This document shows, one piece after another, positions 61,693-64,000 of a DNA stretch of 64,000 nt (the first letter of the stretch is position 1; each line of letters opens with the position of its first letter). A model generated the notes under the pieces. It was given only the letters and a program-made list of their open reading frames with translations, made no database searches and was not told where the DNA came from. Source of the stretch: Octopus vulgaris (taxonomy: Eukaryota); NCBI GenBank assembly GCA_951406725.2, contig OX597814.1:126666001-126730000 (forward strand). The letters run 5' to 3'. A program made the position numbers and the translations under genes.

Positions 61693-61970
61693 TAGTGGTT
61701 CCCAAACATTTTCAGGCTGCCGCCCCTTGACACCCAGGCCATATTCCTAATGCCCCCACCCCAACTAAACATCACAAACATAGACCCCTTTCTGAGCAAA
61801 TTCAAAGCAACTGTATTTCACAAATAAAACTTAACCTAACAAACCCATTATTTTGTTGTTTTTACATGAATCACTACTCCATTATTGCCCTACTTTTCTT
61901 CAATGCCCCCTTGGAACTTTCCACCACCTCCGGTGGGGGGGCAATACCACCCCTACTTTGGGAACCACTG
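61693..61970. mobile_element. hAT (Charlie-like) MITE
   Basis: tagtggttcccaaa ... tttgggaaccactg TIRs, right flank atgtagat. Confidence 0.75.
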
Positions 61971-64000
61971 ATGTAGATGATACAGACTGGATTGATGTGT
62001 AGTCTTTAAATCCAAAAAGTAATGGACGTTTGAGTTTTATTAGGCCTCTTCAGTGAAGCATATTCTGCTCAATTGGCAATACTTATGCACACATACATGC
62101 ACACACACACACACATACACATATCATCGTCATTATTTCACATCCGTTTTCCACGTTGGCATGGGTTGGGTGGTTTGACAGGAGCTGGTGATATATACAT
62201 ATATATAAAAAAGACTGATAGAATAAGTACCAGGCTTAAAAAATAAGTACTGGGGCCGATTGATTCGGCTATAAAAAAATTCAAGGTGGTGCCCCAGCAT
62301 GGCTGTAGTCTAATGACTGAAACAAGTTGAAGATAAAAGATATATACACATTGACTGTAGTATGTGGTAACAGTGTAGTGATACTTAAATCAACATCCTG
62401 CTGTTCCCTCAGCTTTAATCTGCAGCCGAATGGTTGTTGTGTTAAACTGGGCAACAGATTAGATTAACTCTGCTCTCCAACAGTAGAAATCATTCTTCTG
62501 GTGGCCTTCCATAAAGTTTCTATCTCCCAAATTTCACTCACAAAGCTTTGATAAATTCAGAGTTCAATCTTATATGTTTATGGAGACATAAACTAGTGCC
62601 AGTTGTCAAATGGTGGGTTGGACAAGCACAAATGCAAACACACACACACACACACAGACACATACACACACACATATGCACACACACACACACACACACA
62701 CATATGATGAGCTCCCACACAGTTTCCGTTTTTCAAATTCACTTGTAGACATTGGTTGGCTCAGGGCTATACACTTATCAAATATTCCACACAATAGGAC
62801 TGAATCTAAAACCATGTGCTTACAAAATACAGCTATGTCTGTGCCTATCTATATTGTTATTAATAATATTATATGCCAACCGAAGATGGTGAGCTTACAG
62901 AACCATTAGTACATTGGGCAGAATGCTTAGCGGCATTTCGTCTCTCTCTTTACATTTTGAGTTCAAATGCTGCTGTGGTCAATTTTGCCCTTCATCCTTT
63001 CAGAGTTGATAAAATAAGTACCAGTTTAACATTGGGGTTGGTGTAATTGACTTACCCCTGCCCCAAAATTACTGGCCTTGTGCCAAACTTTGAAATCAAT
63101 ATTATATGTCATCTTAAGGCAGCAAACTGGCAGAATCATCTCTACATCAGGCAAAATGCTTAGCAGCATTTCATCCATCTTCACATTCTGAATTCAAATT
63201 CCATCAAGTTCCACTTTACCTTTCATCCTTTTTGGGGTCGATAAAATAAGTACCAGTTGAGCACTGGGGTCAATGTAATTGACTTACCCATCCCCTAAAA
63301 TTGCTGGCCATGCACCAAAATATAAAACCAACATTACATGTCATCTTTACCCTATTTGAGAATTTTTCACCAAATGCCAATGTGAGAGTTTCTCTCATGA
63401 TATCTACCACAGTATAGCTTGTTCTAACAGAACACCCATGTTTAAGCAGGGATAAATATTACCTCTTTTTTTCTTTTTTCCTTGTAGGGCTTTAGTGTTC
63501 TCTTATAATTTCATTTAAATCTGAAATGTATTAAAGGAACAGAAATCAATCACAGTACTTGTTTAGTATATAATTCTATTGATCCCAGAAGGATGCAAAG
63601 CAAAGCTGACCTCAGCAGAATTCAAACTCATATTTGTGGCTTTGTTCCAAAGTTAAAAATCAATGTTATATTAATGGTATTAATAAAATATTGTATTTTA
63701 TCATGGTAGGATGCTCTACAGAGTTTGATTCATTGTTTCCATGTAACTTCTATTAATAACAGGTTAATTTATCCTTGGTACTAATATTTTTCTTTCCAAG
63801 GCTTTTCTATATTCAGATCTTACTTATTAACTTATGAACCAAGGTTCCAGTATAAAAATTCCTATTTGGACCATTAATTTCTTAGAACTATATATGGATA
63901 TGTGAGTGTGTGCGTGCGTATGTATGTGTGTGTATACATATGTATGTTTATAGTGTGTGCATGAATGTGTATTTGTGTATGTAAATGTGTATGTGTAAAT

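Overview
AT-rich, CpG-depleted, microsatellite-rich animal genomic DNA. It looks like an octopus/cephalopod intron or intergenic region; the taxon is inferred from repeat style and is not verified. No intact host protein-coding gene can be supported, and almost all ORF-track entries are transposon fragments or low-complexity noise. The window is dominated by decayed mobile elements: a mariner transposase relic with TIRs, mariner and hAT MITEs, a Tc1/maT relic, a near full-length RTE LINE with a PHD-like finger plus many RTE 3' fragments, a cluster of R4/Dong-type fragments at (TAA)n, a Gypsy LTR element lacking its 5' LTR, a CR1 3' end, and at least four tRNA-derived SINE families. It also holds a ~3-5 kb local segmental duplication and several templated-insertion scars. 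Top candidates for a second look: (1) two head-to-head fold-back elements (37.3-38.0 kb, 49.3-49.8 kb) whose arms join a tRNA-like Pol III head to a Penelope-type minimal hammerhead-ribozyme motif; (2) a CpG-rich 747-bp promoter-like fragment (CCAAT/CRE/E2F/CHR/YY1) between 43/49-bp direct repeats; (3) a second NRF1/ETS/YY1 promoter-like island at 56.5 kb; (4) a U2 snRNA-derived chimeric micro-insertion. Coordinates were counted by eye and repeat ends are approximate.
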